From Minisyncoccia bacterium (GTDB lineage Bacteria; Patescibacteriota; Minisyncoccia; Phycocordibacterales; SBAW01): 56,058 bases of DNA. The stretch lies in assembly GCA_049997855.1 (NCBI GenBank), contig JBEKSG010000001.1, positions 1 to 56,058 on the forward strand, in the 5' to 3' direction. Under the pieces are notes generated by a model. It was not told where the DNA came from and made no database searches. It saw nothing but the letters and a program-made list of their open reading frames with translations. Of the stretch, positions 1-8,706 are shown in pieces (the first letter of the stretch is position 1; the number at the start of each line of letters is the position of its first letter). Both the position numbers and the translations under genes were made by a program.

Positions 1-1
1 T

Positions 2-1444
2 GTGGGCAGCGCCAACCAAAACGGCTTTGTCGGCATCGGTGCCTCGACAAACCAAACCGCAACAACCTCCGTGCTTTCTGTCGGCAACAGCACTTCTATC
101 GCCTCAGGCAAGACCATTGCTTACTTTACCAATGCTGGCGGCACGGCATATCTATCCAACCTCGGCTTAAACGTTACGTCCGACATCCGCCTCAAGAAAA
201 ACATAGAACCGCTGGCTCCTGTACTCGCAGGCGTCCTCCAGCTCCAGCCAGTCACTTACAACTTTAACAGTGAGGCAAGCGGCACCCCGACACACACCGG
301 CTTTATTGCCCAACAGGTGCAGCCCATCTTCCCCGACCTTGTAAGCTCTGACAGCCAAGGCTACCTCTCACTCAACTACGCGGGCCTTACGCCGTATCTC
401 GTGTCGGCAGTGCAGTCGCAGCAGCAGGAGATAGACGCTATAGCATCATCGAGCGCAACCGCTCCGCAGATTTTCATCAGCAACGGTGCGGTAACGATAG
501 GAAGCGGCGCCACCTCGACTGTTACCATAAACGCCGGCACGTTTAGTTTTGCAAGCGCGGCAACTACCACAATTGTGAGCGGAGCTAACACTTGGACCAT
601 TGCGACATCGAGCACCTCAACGCCGATTGTTTCTATTTCAACCGGCAGCGCCACCACCTCGGCGAGCGTTTCGATCAACGGCGTGCTCTATGTTAACGGC
701 CAAAATATAAACAGTGAGATAGCTTCAACGACCAATGCAACCTCAACGCCGGCACAACTAGTGAGCGGGTCGTTTGCGTCGGCGACAGCAAGTCTTCAAA
801 GCGCGCTCTCCTCGACGCTTAGCGCAATCAACGGCGTTGCGCAAAGCGGCGTGCGCGAACTCGGCCTCGCGGTGCATGCGAGCGTCGGCGTGTTTGACAA
901 TCTCATTACGCAAACGCTCACCGCCACCACCATCAACGCCGACACGGTCAACACGCAAAAGCTTTGCGTCGGCACTACGTGCGTCACACAATCGCAGCTG
1001 CAAAATCTGTTAAATAATCAAAATAGCGGGGCAGGAAGCAACACTTCCGGCCTGCCCGGCCAGGGAGGTGGTTCGGGAGCTTTGGGAGGTGCCTCCTCGG
1101 GAAGTGCTTCCTCAACTGATGCAACTTCAACTCCTACCGTGCCTCCAACTATCTCCATCAACGGCGATAATCCCGCAACCATCAACGTGGGTGACACCTA
1201 CGCCGACTTGGGTGCAACCATCAGCGACACCGGCGCGGGGCAGGCGGGTGATGCAAACTTGGGGTTAAGCGTCAACATTGACGGCGGCGCTACCACAACG
1301 CCAAGCCAGATAGTTATTAATACGAGTATTGTGGGTACGCATACTATTATATATAGTGCAACCGACCAAAACGGATTGACCGGCACCGCAACACGAACGG
1401 TTAATGTCGTAGACCAAAATGCCACCTCAACGCCGACCAATTAA
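2..1444 (+). CDS. 5'-truncated large surface/fibre-like protein with Peptidase_S74 (intramolecular chaperone) domain, Ser/Thr-rich region and C-terminal Ig-like (DUF5011-type) domain
   Basis: SDIRLKKNI...LQPVTYNF...GFIAQQVQPIFPDLV...LNYAGLTPYLVSAVQ is an S74 signature. PPTISINGDNPATINVGDTYADLGATI...YSATDQNG..GTATRTVNV is an Ig-like repeat. The ORF is open at the window edge. Confidence 0.8.
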   Translation: MGSANQNGFVGIGASTNQTATTSVLSVGNSTSIASGKTIAYFTNAGGTAYLSNLGLNVTSDIRLKKNIEPLAPVLAGVLQLQPVTYNFNSEASGTPTHTGFIAQQVQPIFPDLVSSDSQGYLSLNYAGLTPYLVSAVQSQQQEIDAIASSSATAPQIFISNGAVTIGSGATSTVTINAGTFSFASAATTTIVSGANTWTIATSSTSTPIVSISTGSATTSASVSINGVLYVNGQNINSEIASTTNATSTPAQLVSGSFASATASLQSALSSTLSAINGVAQSGVRELGLAVHASVGVFDNLITQTLTATTINADTVNTQKLCVGTTCVTQSQLQNLLNNQNSGAGSNTSGLPGQGGGSGALGGASSGSASSTDATSTPTVPPTISINGDNPATINVGDTYADLGATISDTGAGQAGDANLGLSVNIDGGATTTPSQIVINTSIVGTHTIIYSATDQNGLTGTATRTVNVVDQNATSTPTN

Positions 1445-1467
1445 AAGTCATATATAATAGAGTGCAT

Positions 1468-2499
1468 ATGATGACACGAGTTGCAATAAACGGCTTTGGC
1501 CGTATCGGGAGATGTTTCGCGCGAGCGGCGGCTAATGACCCCGGCATAGAGATAGTTGCGGTAAATGACTTGGGCGACGTACAGACGCTCGCATATCTTT
1601 TACAGTACGACACGGTATATCACAAAGCGCCGTTCGAGGTTTCAGCGAGCGATGGATTTTTGCAGATGGGCAAAAACCGCGCAAAGTTTTTGCAAGAAAA
1701 AGATCCGGCCAAACTGCCGTGGAAGGATTTGCGGGTGGATGTTGTCGTCGAGTCGACCGGTTTGTTTACCGATTTTGCAAAAGCCGAGGCGCATATCACG
1801 GCGGGCGCCAAGCGCGTGGTTATTTCGGCTCCCGCCAAAGACGGCGTCTCCGAGGCAGGAGTTACAGTTAATGGTGTAACGGTTTTAATGGGCGTCAATC
1901 AAGAAAAACTCAAAGACTCAGCGCTCTCATCCAATGCATCATGCACTACCAACGCCGCAAGCCCGCTCATTGCAATATTGGACAAGAGCATAGGGATAGA
2001 AAAAGCAATTCTTTCAACGACGCACGGTTACACCGCGAGCCAGAGTTTGGTAGACAGCCCTGCTAAAAAAGATGTCAAAGAGGGGAGAGCCGCCGCGCAA
2101 AACATCGTGCCTACTTCGACCGGCGCGGCTGTTGCGGTTACGCAAGCGTATGAAAGCCTTAAACATAAGTTTGACGGCATTTCTTTGCGCGTACCGGTGC
2201 CATGCGGCTCCATTGCCGATGTGACATTTATCGCCAAGCGCGACACCACGCGCGAGGAGGTCAATAAACTTTTATCGGAAGCGGCACAAAGCCCCGAGTG
2301 GCAGGGTATTTTTTCTGTGACCGACGAGCCGCTCGTCTCAAGCGACATCATCGGCTCCACTTTTGGTTCCGTTGCAGACCTGGGGCTTACACGCGTGGTC
2401 GGCGGCAACCTAGTCAAGGTGCTTGCGTGGTACGACAACGAGATGGGCTATGCGCACACGCTCCTTCGTCATGTAAAAGAAGCAGGGAAGTTGATCTAA
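1468..2499 (+). CDS. gap: type I glyceraldehyde-3-phosphate dehydrogenase
   Basis: VAINGFGRIGR, SNASCTTN catalytic motif, WYDNEMGY. Confidence 0.97.
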   Translation: MMTRVAINGFGRIGRCFARAAANDPGIEIVAVNDLGDVQTLAYLLQYDTVYHKAPFEVSASDGFLQMGKNRAKFLQEKDPAKLPWKDLRVDVVVESTGLFTDFAKAEAHITAGAKRVVISAPAKDGVSEAGVTVNGVTVLMGVNQEKLKDSALSSNASCTTNAASPLIAILDKSIGIEKAILSTTHGYTASQSLVDSPAKKDVKEGRAAAQNIVPTSTGAAVAVTQAYESLKHKFDGISLRVPVPCGSIADVTFIAKRDTTREEVNKLLSEAAQSPEWQGIFSVTDEPLVSSDIIGSTFGSVADLGLTRVVGGNLVKVLAWYDNEMGYAHTLLRHVKEAGKLI

Positions 2500-2503
2500 T
2501 ATT

Positions 2504-2980
2504 ATGAAAAAAATTTATATCGCTTCCGACCACGCGGGCTTTGAACTTAAGGAGGCGCTCGTTCCTTTTTTAAACGAGCACGGCTACGAGGTGAACGACC
2601 TCGGTCCTGCCATTTATGACAAGGATGACGATTATCCCGACACCATCGGTCGCCTGGTGCGCGCCATAGAGGATGACAAAACCGCGTTCGGTATCGCTGT
2701 CGGCGGGTCAGGCCAGGGCGAGGCAATGGTCGCCAACCGCGCGCTCGGCGTGCGCGCCAGCGTTTACTACGGCCCCGCGCAAAAAACTCAGACCGACGCT
2801 TTGGGCAAAAGTCTCGGCATACTCGAGTCGCCGCGTGCGCACGAAGACTCCAACGTGTTGTGCCTCGCGGCGCGATTTTTATCGCAAGAGGACGCCAAAG
2901 CCGCCGTCATCCGCTGGCTCGAAACTCCTTTTACCGGCGAGGAGCGCCACGTACGCCGGATACAAAAGTTCGATCAATAA
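2504..2980 (+). CDS. rpiB: ribose-5-phosphate isomerase B (RpiB/LacA/LacB family)
   Basis: IASDHAGFELK, DDDYPD, GGSGQGEAMVANR, RHVRRI. Confidence 0.93.
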   Translation: MKKIYIASDHAGFELKEALVPFLNEHGYEVNDLGPAIYDKDDDYPDTIGRLVRAIEDDKTAFGIAVGGSGQGEAMVANRALGVRASVYYGPAQKTQTDALGKSLGILESPRAHEDSNVLCLAARFLSQEDAKAAVIRWLETPFTGEERHVRRIQKFDQ

Positions 2981-2989
2981 TTATTGTAT

Positions 2990-3691
2990 ATGGTTGAGAT
3001 ACTGCCGGCGGTGCTGCCAAAAAATTTTAAAGACTTGTGTGAGCATCTCGAGCGTATAAAGAGAGCGCCTGTTACGTGCGTGCAGATAGATGTAGCAGAC
3101 GGGATATTTGCACACAACCGCACCTGGCCGTACCGCGACGAGAGTACGTTTGCAAAGATAGCTAAAGAGGAGTGCGGCTTGCCGCTGTGGGACACATTTG
3201 ATTTTGAGTTTGATCTCATGATAGAGCATCCCGAAGAGCGCGTAATGGAATTCGTACATGCCGGAGCATCGCGCGTATTGGTGCATGCAGAGAGCGATGG
3301 AGCATTGCACGCAATGCAAAGGTTAGTCAACCTGCGCGAGGAAAGCGGCGCTTTGCCGCTTCGAGTGGGTGTGGCAATTGCCTGCAGCGAGCAGCCAGAC
3401 GTACTCGAACCGTTTGAAGCGCAGTTTGACTACGTGCAAGTGATGGGCATTGCAAAGGTTGGCTTCCAAGGCCAGCCGTTTGACGTGCGCGCACTCCACA
3501 TGCTGGAGCGCTTGCGCACGCGCTACCCCGAGCTGCCGCTCCAGGTAGATGGCGGAGTCACGTTGGGAAACGCGCGCGAACTCGCCAAAGCCGGCGCCAC
3601 AGGGTTGGTGGTTGGCTCCACCATTTTTAAATCCGAGGAACCGCTCGAGGAAATTAAAAAACTCCAAGCCGAGGCAAACAAGATGGTATAA
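2990..3691 (+). CDS. rpe: ribulose-phosphate 3-epimerase
   Basis: QIDVADGIF, DLMI, VQVMG..GFQGQPF, LQVDGGV, LVVGS; pentose-phosphate cluster context. Confidence 0.88.
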   Translation: MVEILPAVLPKNFKDLCEHLERIKRAPVTCVQIDVADGIFAHNRTWPYRDESTFAKIAKEECGLPLWDTFDFEFDLMIEHPEERVMEFVHAGASRVLVHAESDGALHAMQRLVNLREESGALPLRVGVAIACSEQPDVLEPFEAQFDYVQVMGIAKVGFQGQPFDVRALHMLERLRTRYPELPLQVDGGVTLGNARELAKAGATGLVVGSTIFKSEEPLEEIKKLQAEANKMV

Positions 3692-3693
3692 TA

Positions 3694-3810
3694 GTTAGGT
3701 AAAAGAAATCAAATTTTTTGGTCACCCTAATTTTTTTGCTAAAAAATTAGTATGTCTCGGCTCAGTCAGCCTCGACTTATTGCCCTAAAAATTTATTTCT
3801 TTTACCTAAC
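3694..3810. repeat. 117-bp intergenic inverted-repeat element (16-bp perfect arms enclosing inner hairpins)
   Basis: gttaggtaaaagaaat (3694-3709) / atttcttttacctaac (3795-3810); inner ctaatttttt...aaaaaattag (3727-3750). Confidence 0.85.
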
Positions 3811-3836
3811 CCAAACTTGATTTCTCTGAAATTTTT

Positions 3837-4691
3837 ATGCTTACGCAGGAAAAATTGCAGGAGTTGGAGCTCAAAGCCGAGGCCATCCGCGAAACTATCA
3901 TCAAGATGCTGGTAGCCGCGGGCTCGGGTCATACCGCCGGCCCCATGGGCATGGCCGATATTTTTGCCGCGTTTTATTTTTATATCCTCAATCACGATCC
4001 TCACAACCCCGCGCTTGAGGAGCGCGATCGGTTGATTTTGAGCAACGGACACATTGTGCCGGTGCGCTACGCGGCGATGGCGCACGCGGGCTACTTCCCG
4101 GTTGAGGAGTGCTTAACGTTGCGCAAATTTGGCTCGCGCTTGCAGGGGCATCCGGAGCGCTTGCGTTTGCCGGGGCTCGAGACTACCTCGGGGCCGCTCG
4201 GCTCAGGTTTGGGACAGGCGGCGGGCATCGCCTACGGCGCACGCATGGATAATAAAAAATTCCGTGTGTATTGCGCGATGAGCGACGGCGAACATGACGC
4301 GGGCAACCTGTGGGAATCGGCGATGTTTGCAGGCGCCAATAAGCTTTCAAATCTCACGGCGGTCATTGATCGCAACAACATACAAATAGACGGCATGACC
4401 GAGACTGTGATGCCGCTCGAGAACTTGCGCGCCAAGTACGAGGCGTTTAACTGGCACGTGCTCGAGTGCGACGGCAACAATATTGCCGCGTTTGTCGAGA
4501 TGGTTGATGAAGCAAAAGCCATTTACGAAAAGCCCACGGTTATCATCGCGCACACCATCCCCGGCAAAGGCATCAAAGAAATAGAGTTTGACTACCAGTG
4601 GCACGGCAAGCCACCCACCGCCGAGGAGGCAAAAAAGTTTTTGAACGAACTGCGCGCACTCAAAGGTACAATTGAGAGCGAGCATCAATAA
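3837..4691 (+). CDS. transketolase, N-terminal (TPP-binding) subunit
   Basis: SGHTAG, DRLILSNGH, LQGHP, GPLGSG, SDGE..GNLWE, HTIPGKG..WHGK. Confidence 0.95.
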   Translation: MLTQEKLQELELKAEAIRETIIKMLVAAGSGHTAGPMGMADIFAAFYFYILNHDPHNPALEERDRLILSNGHIVPVRYAAMAHAGYFPVEECLTLRKFGSRLQGHPERLRLPGLETTSGPLGSGLGQAAGIAYGARMDNKKFRVYCAMSDGEHDAGNLWESAMFAGANKLSNLTAVIDRNNIQIDGMTETVMPLENLRAKYEAFNWHVLECDGNNIAAFVEMVDEAKAIYEKPTVIIAHTIPGKGIKEIEFDYQWHGKPPTAEEAKKFLNELRALKGTIESEHQ

Positions 4692-4693
4692 TT

Positions 4694-5689
4694 ATGCTAA
4701 ACAAAGACGCAAAACTACGGGAGGATATTTTTAACGGTAAAGAGCAAGCGCCAACCCGCGACGGCTTTGGCAAAGCCCTGCTCGAGCTCGGCGAAAAAGA
4801 CTCGCGCGTCGTGGTGCTGTGTGCCGACCTGGCCGAGAGCACGCGCGTGCTGCCGTTTAAAGAAAAATATCCGGAGCGGTACATCGAGATAGGCGTCGCC
4901 GAACAAAATCTCGCCACCATTGCCGCGGGTCTCGCTAATTACGGCAAGATTCCGTTTATCACCTCTTATGCCACCTTTAGCCCCGGTCGCAACAACGAGC
5001 AAATCCGCACGACTATCGCGCTCAATAATGTGCCGGTAAAAATCGTCGGCTCGCACGCCGGTCTCTCGGTCGGTCCAGACGGTGCAACACATCAAGCGCT
5101 TGAGGACATCGCGCTCATGCGCGTCTTGCCCAACCTCACCGTGCTCTCGCCGTGCGATGCCGAGGAGGCGCGCAAAGCAACACTCGCTGCCGCCTCGCAC
5201 GAAGGGCCGATGTATATCCGCCTCGCGCGCGAAAAAACTCCGGTGATGACTACAAACGAGACTCCGTTTGAAATAGGTAAAGCAATGGTGCTATGGGAGT
5301 CGCCGCAGCGGGTGCAGGTTGTGATATTTGCCACTGGGCCGCTCGCATATCGCGCGCTTCACGCCGCCAAAGAGCTCGAGCACGAGGTACATACGGTTGT
5401 ATACAACTTGCACACGATAAAACCGCTCGATAAAGAAGCAATAGTTGCCGCCGCTAAAGAAGCCGGGGCAGTGGTAACGGTGGAAGAGCATCAACGCTCA
5501 GGCGGGATGGGGAGCGCCGTTGCTGAGCTTTTGGCAGAAGCGCATCCGGTTCCAATTGAGTTTATCGGCGTCAATGACCGTTTTGGACAAAGCGGCAAAC
5601 CGGATGAGCTCATTGAACACTACGGCCTCGGCGTGTCGCATATTAAAGATGCAATACGCAAAGCCTCGGCGCGTGCGGTGCGCTCGTAA
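4694..5689 (+). CDS. transketolase, C-terminal subunit
   Basis: IGVAEQN, GPDGATHQALED, TIKPLD, VEEHQ..GGMG, DRFGQSG. Confidence 0.95.
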   Translation: MLNKDAKLREDIFNGKEQAPTRDGFGKALLELGEKDSRVVVLCADLAESTRVLPFKEKYPERYIEIGVAEQNLATIAAGLANYGKIPFITSYATFSPGRNNEQIRTTIALNNVPVKIVGSHAGLSVGPDGATHQALEDIALMRVLPNLTVLSPCDAEEARKATLAAASHEGPMYIRLAREKTPVMTTNETPFEIGKAMVLWESPQRVQVVIFATGPLAYRALHAAKELEHEVHTVVYNLHTIKPLDKEAIVAAAKEAGAVVTVEEHQRSGGMGSAVAELLAEAHPVPIEFIGVNDRFGQSGKPDELIEHYGLGVSHIKDAIRKASARAVRS

Positions 5690-5697
5690 TACATAAT

Positions 5698-5865
5698 ATG
5701 GGAAACAACATCTGGAGCTCGCAGGTTAATCTATTTTTGAGCTTGTTATTTGTCGGTTCTTTTACGCTTGGCGCAGGGCTCATCCTTTGGCAGGCATTTT
5801 CTGGCCACAACCCAATTACTGACGCCATGTATACAGAGATACAAGCCGAAACACAAACCCCTTAA
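5698..5865 (+). CDS. small single-TM membrane protein (55 aa; below ORF-track cutoff)
   Basis: MGNNIWSSQVNLFLSLLFVGSFTLGAGLILWQAFSGHNPITDAMYTEIQAETQTP*; fills the tkt-pfkB gap, starting 8 nt after the tkt stop. Confidence 0.6.
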   Translation: MGNNIWSSQVNLFLSLLFVGSFTLGAGLILWQAFSGHNPITDAMYTEIQAETQTP

Positions 5866-5878
5866 CGTGTTTTTATCA

Positions 5879-6913
5879 TTATAAAGATACAATCTCCCAC
5901 GCCGCGGGCGGATGCGCCACGGCATGTTCAATTTGTTCACGCGTGAGCAGACCTTTTTGTGCGCCGATTTCTTGTATCACGGCCGCGGCATTTGCCGCGC
6001 CCCAGCACAACGCCTCATTAAGCGGTTTGCCGAGCGCCAAAGCGGCGGCGGTGCTCGAAGCGAGCGCGTCGCCCGCGCCGGTAATCTCAAACGGCGGCCG
6101 CGGGTCCGGATAGTGCGGCACGTGTATCGCTTTGCCTGTCTGCCCTGCTTGCGCAGGCGAGGCAAGCAGGCCCGCTTCGTCAACGGCATAGCACCCGTGC
6201 TTGCCGTCGGTGATAACCACAATCTTCGGTCCGAGCGCCTGCATGGCACAAAGCAACTCTTTCATGTCGCTGCCGGCGGGCTTGTTTAAAATACGTTCGG
6301 CCTCCTCTTTATTGCATATAAACAAGTCTGAACGCTCGTATATCGGTCGCAAAGCTTCAACTCCTAATTTTATTTGGAAGGTACCGGGTTGAAACGCGAG
6401 TTTGCTTTCGGGATATTTTTTGAGCCACTCTATCAGTGCTTGATGATAGGGCAATGAGTTGGCCGCGAGCGAGGAGAGGTATATCCACTTTGGAGCGGAT
6501 GCAAGCTCGGGTACGGTGTAGTCGTACTCCTCGTGTTTTACCAAAATGATGCGATTGTCGCCATACCACAGCACGTAGTGATAATTGCTCGGCCGTGTCG
6601 GGTCGATCACCATATACGTAGTGTTCACATGCTCTGCCTTAAGTACGCCCAAAGAGTCTTCGCCGTAGCGGTCTTTGCCAAGATACGCACGCAGGGCGGA
6701 GTGAAGTCCGAGCCGCGCGGCGGCAACTGCCGCATTGCTCGAGTTGCCAACGGCGGCGCATATGGTAAACGACTCGTAGGGGATTTTATCGCCCCAGCGC
6801 ATGCATATCTCGCACTCCTCGTTGTTAATTTTGCAATGCACATCGGCGTCCTTGAGGCGTATAAAAGGTTCGGTCGCGATGTCGCCGATGGCAAAAAAAT
6901 CTATGGGGTCCAT
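5879..6913 (-). CDS. PfkB-family carbohydrate kinase
   Basis: GNSSNAAVAAARLG, NKEEA, VVITDGKHG, ITGAGDA; start placed at MDPIDFF (6913). Confidence 0.9.
   Translation of the reverse strand: MDPIDFFAIGDIATEPFIRLKDADVHCKINNEECEICMRWGDKIPYESFTICAAVGNSSNAAVAAARLGLHSALRAYLGKDRYGEDSLGVLKAEHVNTTYMVIDPTRPSNYHYVLWYGDNRIILVKHEEYDYTVPELASAPKWIYLSSLAANSLPYHQALIEWLKKYPESKLAFQPGTFQIKLGVEALRPIYERSDLFICNKEEAERILNKPAGSDMKELLCAMQALGPKIVVITDGKHGCYAVDEAGLLASPAQAGQTGKAIHVPHYPDPRPPFEITGAGDALASSTAAALALGKPLNEALCWGAANAAAVIQEIGAQKGLLTREQIEHAVAHPPAAWEIVSL
6135..6170. repeat. nested 36-bp palindromic element in frame within pfkB
   Basis: outer arms cctgtctgcc (6135-6144) and ggcaagcagg (6161-6170) enclose, and partly overlap, inner cctgcttgcgcaggcgagg (6144-6162); encodes LLASPAQAGQTG on the - strand. 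Confidence 0.75.
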
Positions 6914-6936
6914 GTATATATAATAGTATATACTAG

Positions 6937-7009
6937 TAGAAAGTGCAGTAAAAGATTCTCTCAAAAAGGCTACGAAGGTTTTTCTCAAGAACTTTTACTG
7001 CACTTTCTA
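6937..7009. repeat. intergenic inverted repeat, 18-bp perfect arms, between divergent pfkB and fba
   Basis: tagaaagtgcagtaaaag (6937-6954) / cttttactgcactttcta (6992-7009). Confidence 0.85.
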
Positions 7010-7016
7010 TCCTACT

Positions 7017-7880
7017 ATGCAAACATTACGGGAAGCTATATTTGAATACAAAGCGGCCGGCAAAGCCATCGGGCATTTTAACTTTTCGGACTCCAACCAA
7101 CTCAAGGCCATCGCCATGGCTGCAGAGGAGAGCGGCTTGCCGGTGATAGTGGGACTTTCGGAAGGCGAGCGCGAATATTTCCCGCTCGCGCATGCGCGAG
7201 CGCTTATCGACCTCTACCGCATGCAAGGCATCCGCATATATTTAAACGCCGACCACACCTACAGCGTGGAGAAAGTGCAAGCAGCTATTGCCGCTGGAGT
7301 CGACTCGGTCGTCATCGACGGCGCCAAGTTGTCTTTTGATGAAAATGCAAAACAGGCTGCCGCATGCGTTACTCTCGCACGTGCAAGTGGTCGGGATGTG
7401 ATTATTGAAAGCGAGCTCGGCTACATCGGCCAATCGTCTAAAATCTTAACCGAGCTCCCTGCAGGCGCCGCGCTCACACCCGAGATGATGACAATCGCCC
7501 TCGATGCCAAACGTTTTGTAACCGAGACAGGCATCGACTGTCTTGCGCCGGCGGTGGGCAACATCCACGGCATGGTGGGCGTTGCTCAAGATCCAGCGCT
7601 CAATGTTGCACGCGTTAAAGAAATTGCCGACGCGGTTGGTGTCCCGCTGGTGCTTCATGGCGCCTCCGGCAACACCGAAGCCGACATTGCGGCATGCATT
7701 AAAACGGGCGTTGCCGTGGTGCACATCAATACCGAGTTGCGCGTAATCTACCGCGACTCGCTTAAAAACACCCTCAACACAAACGACGAGGTGGCGCCAT
7801 ACAAGTTTCTCGTGCCGTCGGTCGATGCCATGAAGGTCTTTTTGATCGAAAAGATGCGCCTCTTTGCAGGGCAGTCATAA
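7017..7880 (+). CDS. fba: class II fructose-bisphosphate aldolase
   Basis: AIGHFN, LNADH, ESELGYIG, APAVGNIHG, LVLHGASG, INTELR. Confidence 0.93.
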   Translation: MQTLREAIFEYKAAGKAIGHFNFSDSNQLKAIAMAAEESGLPVIVGLSEGEREYFPLAHARALIDLYRMQGIRIYLNADHTYSVEKVQAAIAAGVDSVVIDGAKLSFDENAKQAAACVTLARASGRDVIIESELGYIGQSSKILTELPAGAALTPEMMTIALDAKRFVTETGIDCLAPAVGNIHGMVGVAQDPALNVARVKEIADAVGVPLVLHGASGNTEADIAACIKTGVAVVHINTELRVIYRDSLKNTLNTNDEVAPYKFLVPSVDAMKVFLIEKMRLFAGQS

Positions 7881-7881
7881 A

Positions 7882-7956
7882 AAACAAAAAGAAACACAAG
7901 ATTTTGTGAGCGCTGCGAGCTGCCAAGGGAGCAAAATCTTGTGTTTCTTTTTGTTT
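7882..7956. repeat. intergenic inverted repeat, 25-bp perfect arms (may also terminate fba)
   Basis: aaacaaaaagaaacacaagattttg (7882-7906) / caaaatcttgtgtttctttttgttt (7932-7956). Confidence 0.9.
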
Positions 7957-7999
7957 AGAGTTGCAAAAATAAGGGTTTTTTTGTATAGTACTCTAGCCT

Positions 8000-8662
8000 A
8001 TGGAACTGACCGTATCTGTGCGTGACGCCAAAAAAAGCTCAAAAACCCTCCGCAACAAAGGGGGCATGCCTGCGGTTGTCTATGGCCGCAGTGAGAAGTC
8101 AACTCCCATCGCTATCGACCGCAAAGAATTCGAAAAGATTTTTAAAGCCGCAGGCGAGTCGCAAGTAATATCGCTCAAAGGGCTCGGCGTCGACAAAGAT
8201 GTGCTCATCAAGGCGGTTGAATTTGATGCGGTCTTGGGCCAGCCTATCCATGCCGATTTTTACGCGATACAAAAAGGGCAAACCGTTACCGTCTCCGTGC
8301 CGCTCGAGTTTGAGGGCACCTCCGAGGCGGTGAAAGCCGAGGGCGGCATCCTTACCAAAGTGATGCACGAGCTCGAGGTAGAATGCGAGCCTAAAGATTT
8401 GCCGCGCGCCATTATTGTCGACATCTCGCTCCTTGCCAACCTCGACAGCCAAATACTGATTAAAGATTTACAACTCCCGTCTAAAATCAACATTTCGGCC
8501 GAGCCTGATGAAGTGGTGGCACTTATCTCGGTTGCCGAGGAGGAACCGGTAGAGGTAGTGGCACCAACCGATCTCTCGACAATAGAAATCTCCGAAGACC
8601 GCGGCAAGAAAGAGGAGGCTGAAGGCGAAGCCGCTCCAGCCGAATCCGAATCAAAAGAGTAA
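8000..8662 (+). CDS. rplY: 50S ribosomal protein L25 (Ctc-type, long form)
   Basis: MPAVVYG, IHADFYAI, VPLEFEG..AVKAEGG, LPRAIIVDIS; acidic tail. Confidence 0.95.
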   Translation: MELTVSVRDAKKSSKTLRNKGGMPAVVYGRSEKSTPIAIDRKEFEKIFKAAGESQVISLKGLGVDKDVLIKAVEFDAVLGQPIHADFYAIQKGQTVTVSVPLEFEGTSEAVKAEGGILTKVMHELEVECEPKDLPRAIIVDISLLANLDSQILIKDLQLPSKINISAEPDEVVALISVAEEEPVEVVAPTDLSTIEISEDRGKKEEAEGEAAPAESESKE

Positions 8663-8695
8663 ATCAAAATCCGCCAAACCAGCGGATCTTTTGAT
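8663..8695 (+). terminator. hairpin after rplY
   Basis: atcaaaa-tccgc-caaacca-gcgga-tc-ttttgat. Confidence 0.55.
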
Positions 8696-8706
8696 ATACT
8701 TGAAGG

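Noticed and set aside
2-450. Prophage inferred from the tail-fibre S74 domain
   Set aside because: No integrase, terminase, capsid or other phage genes are present, and the ORF is directly followed by gap.
1231-1248. Additional LPAQAG-type copy (cggcgcggggcaggcggg, GAGQAG)
   Set aside because: It is too degenerate and not palindromic, and could be ordinary Gly/Ala codons.
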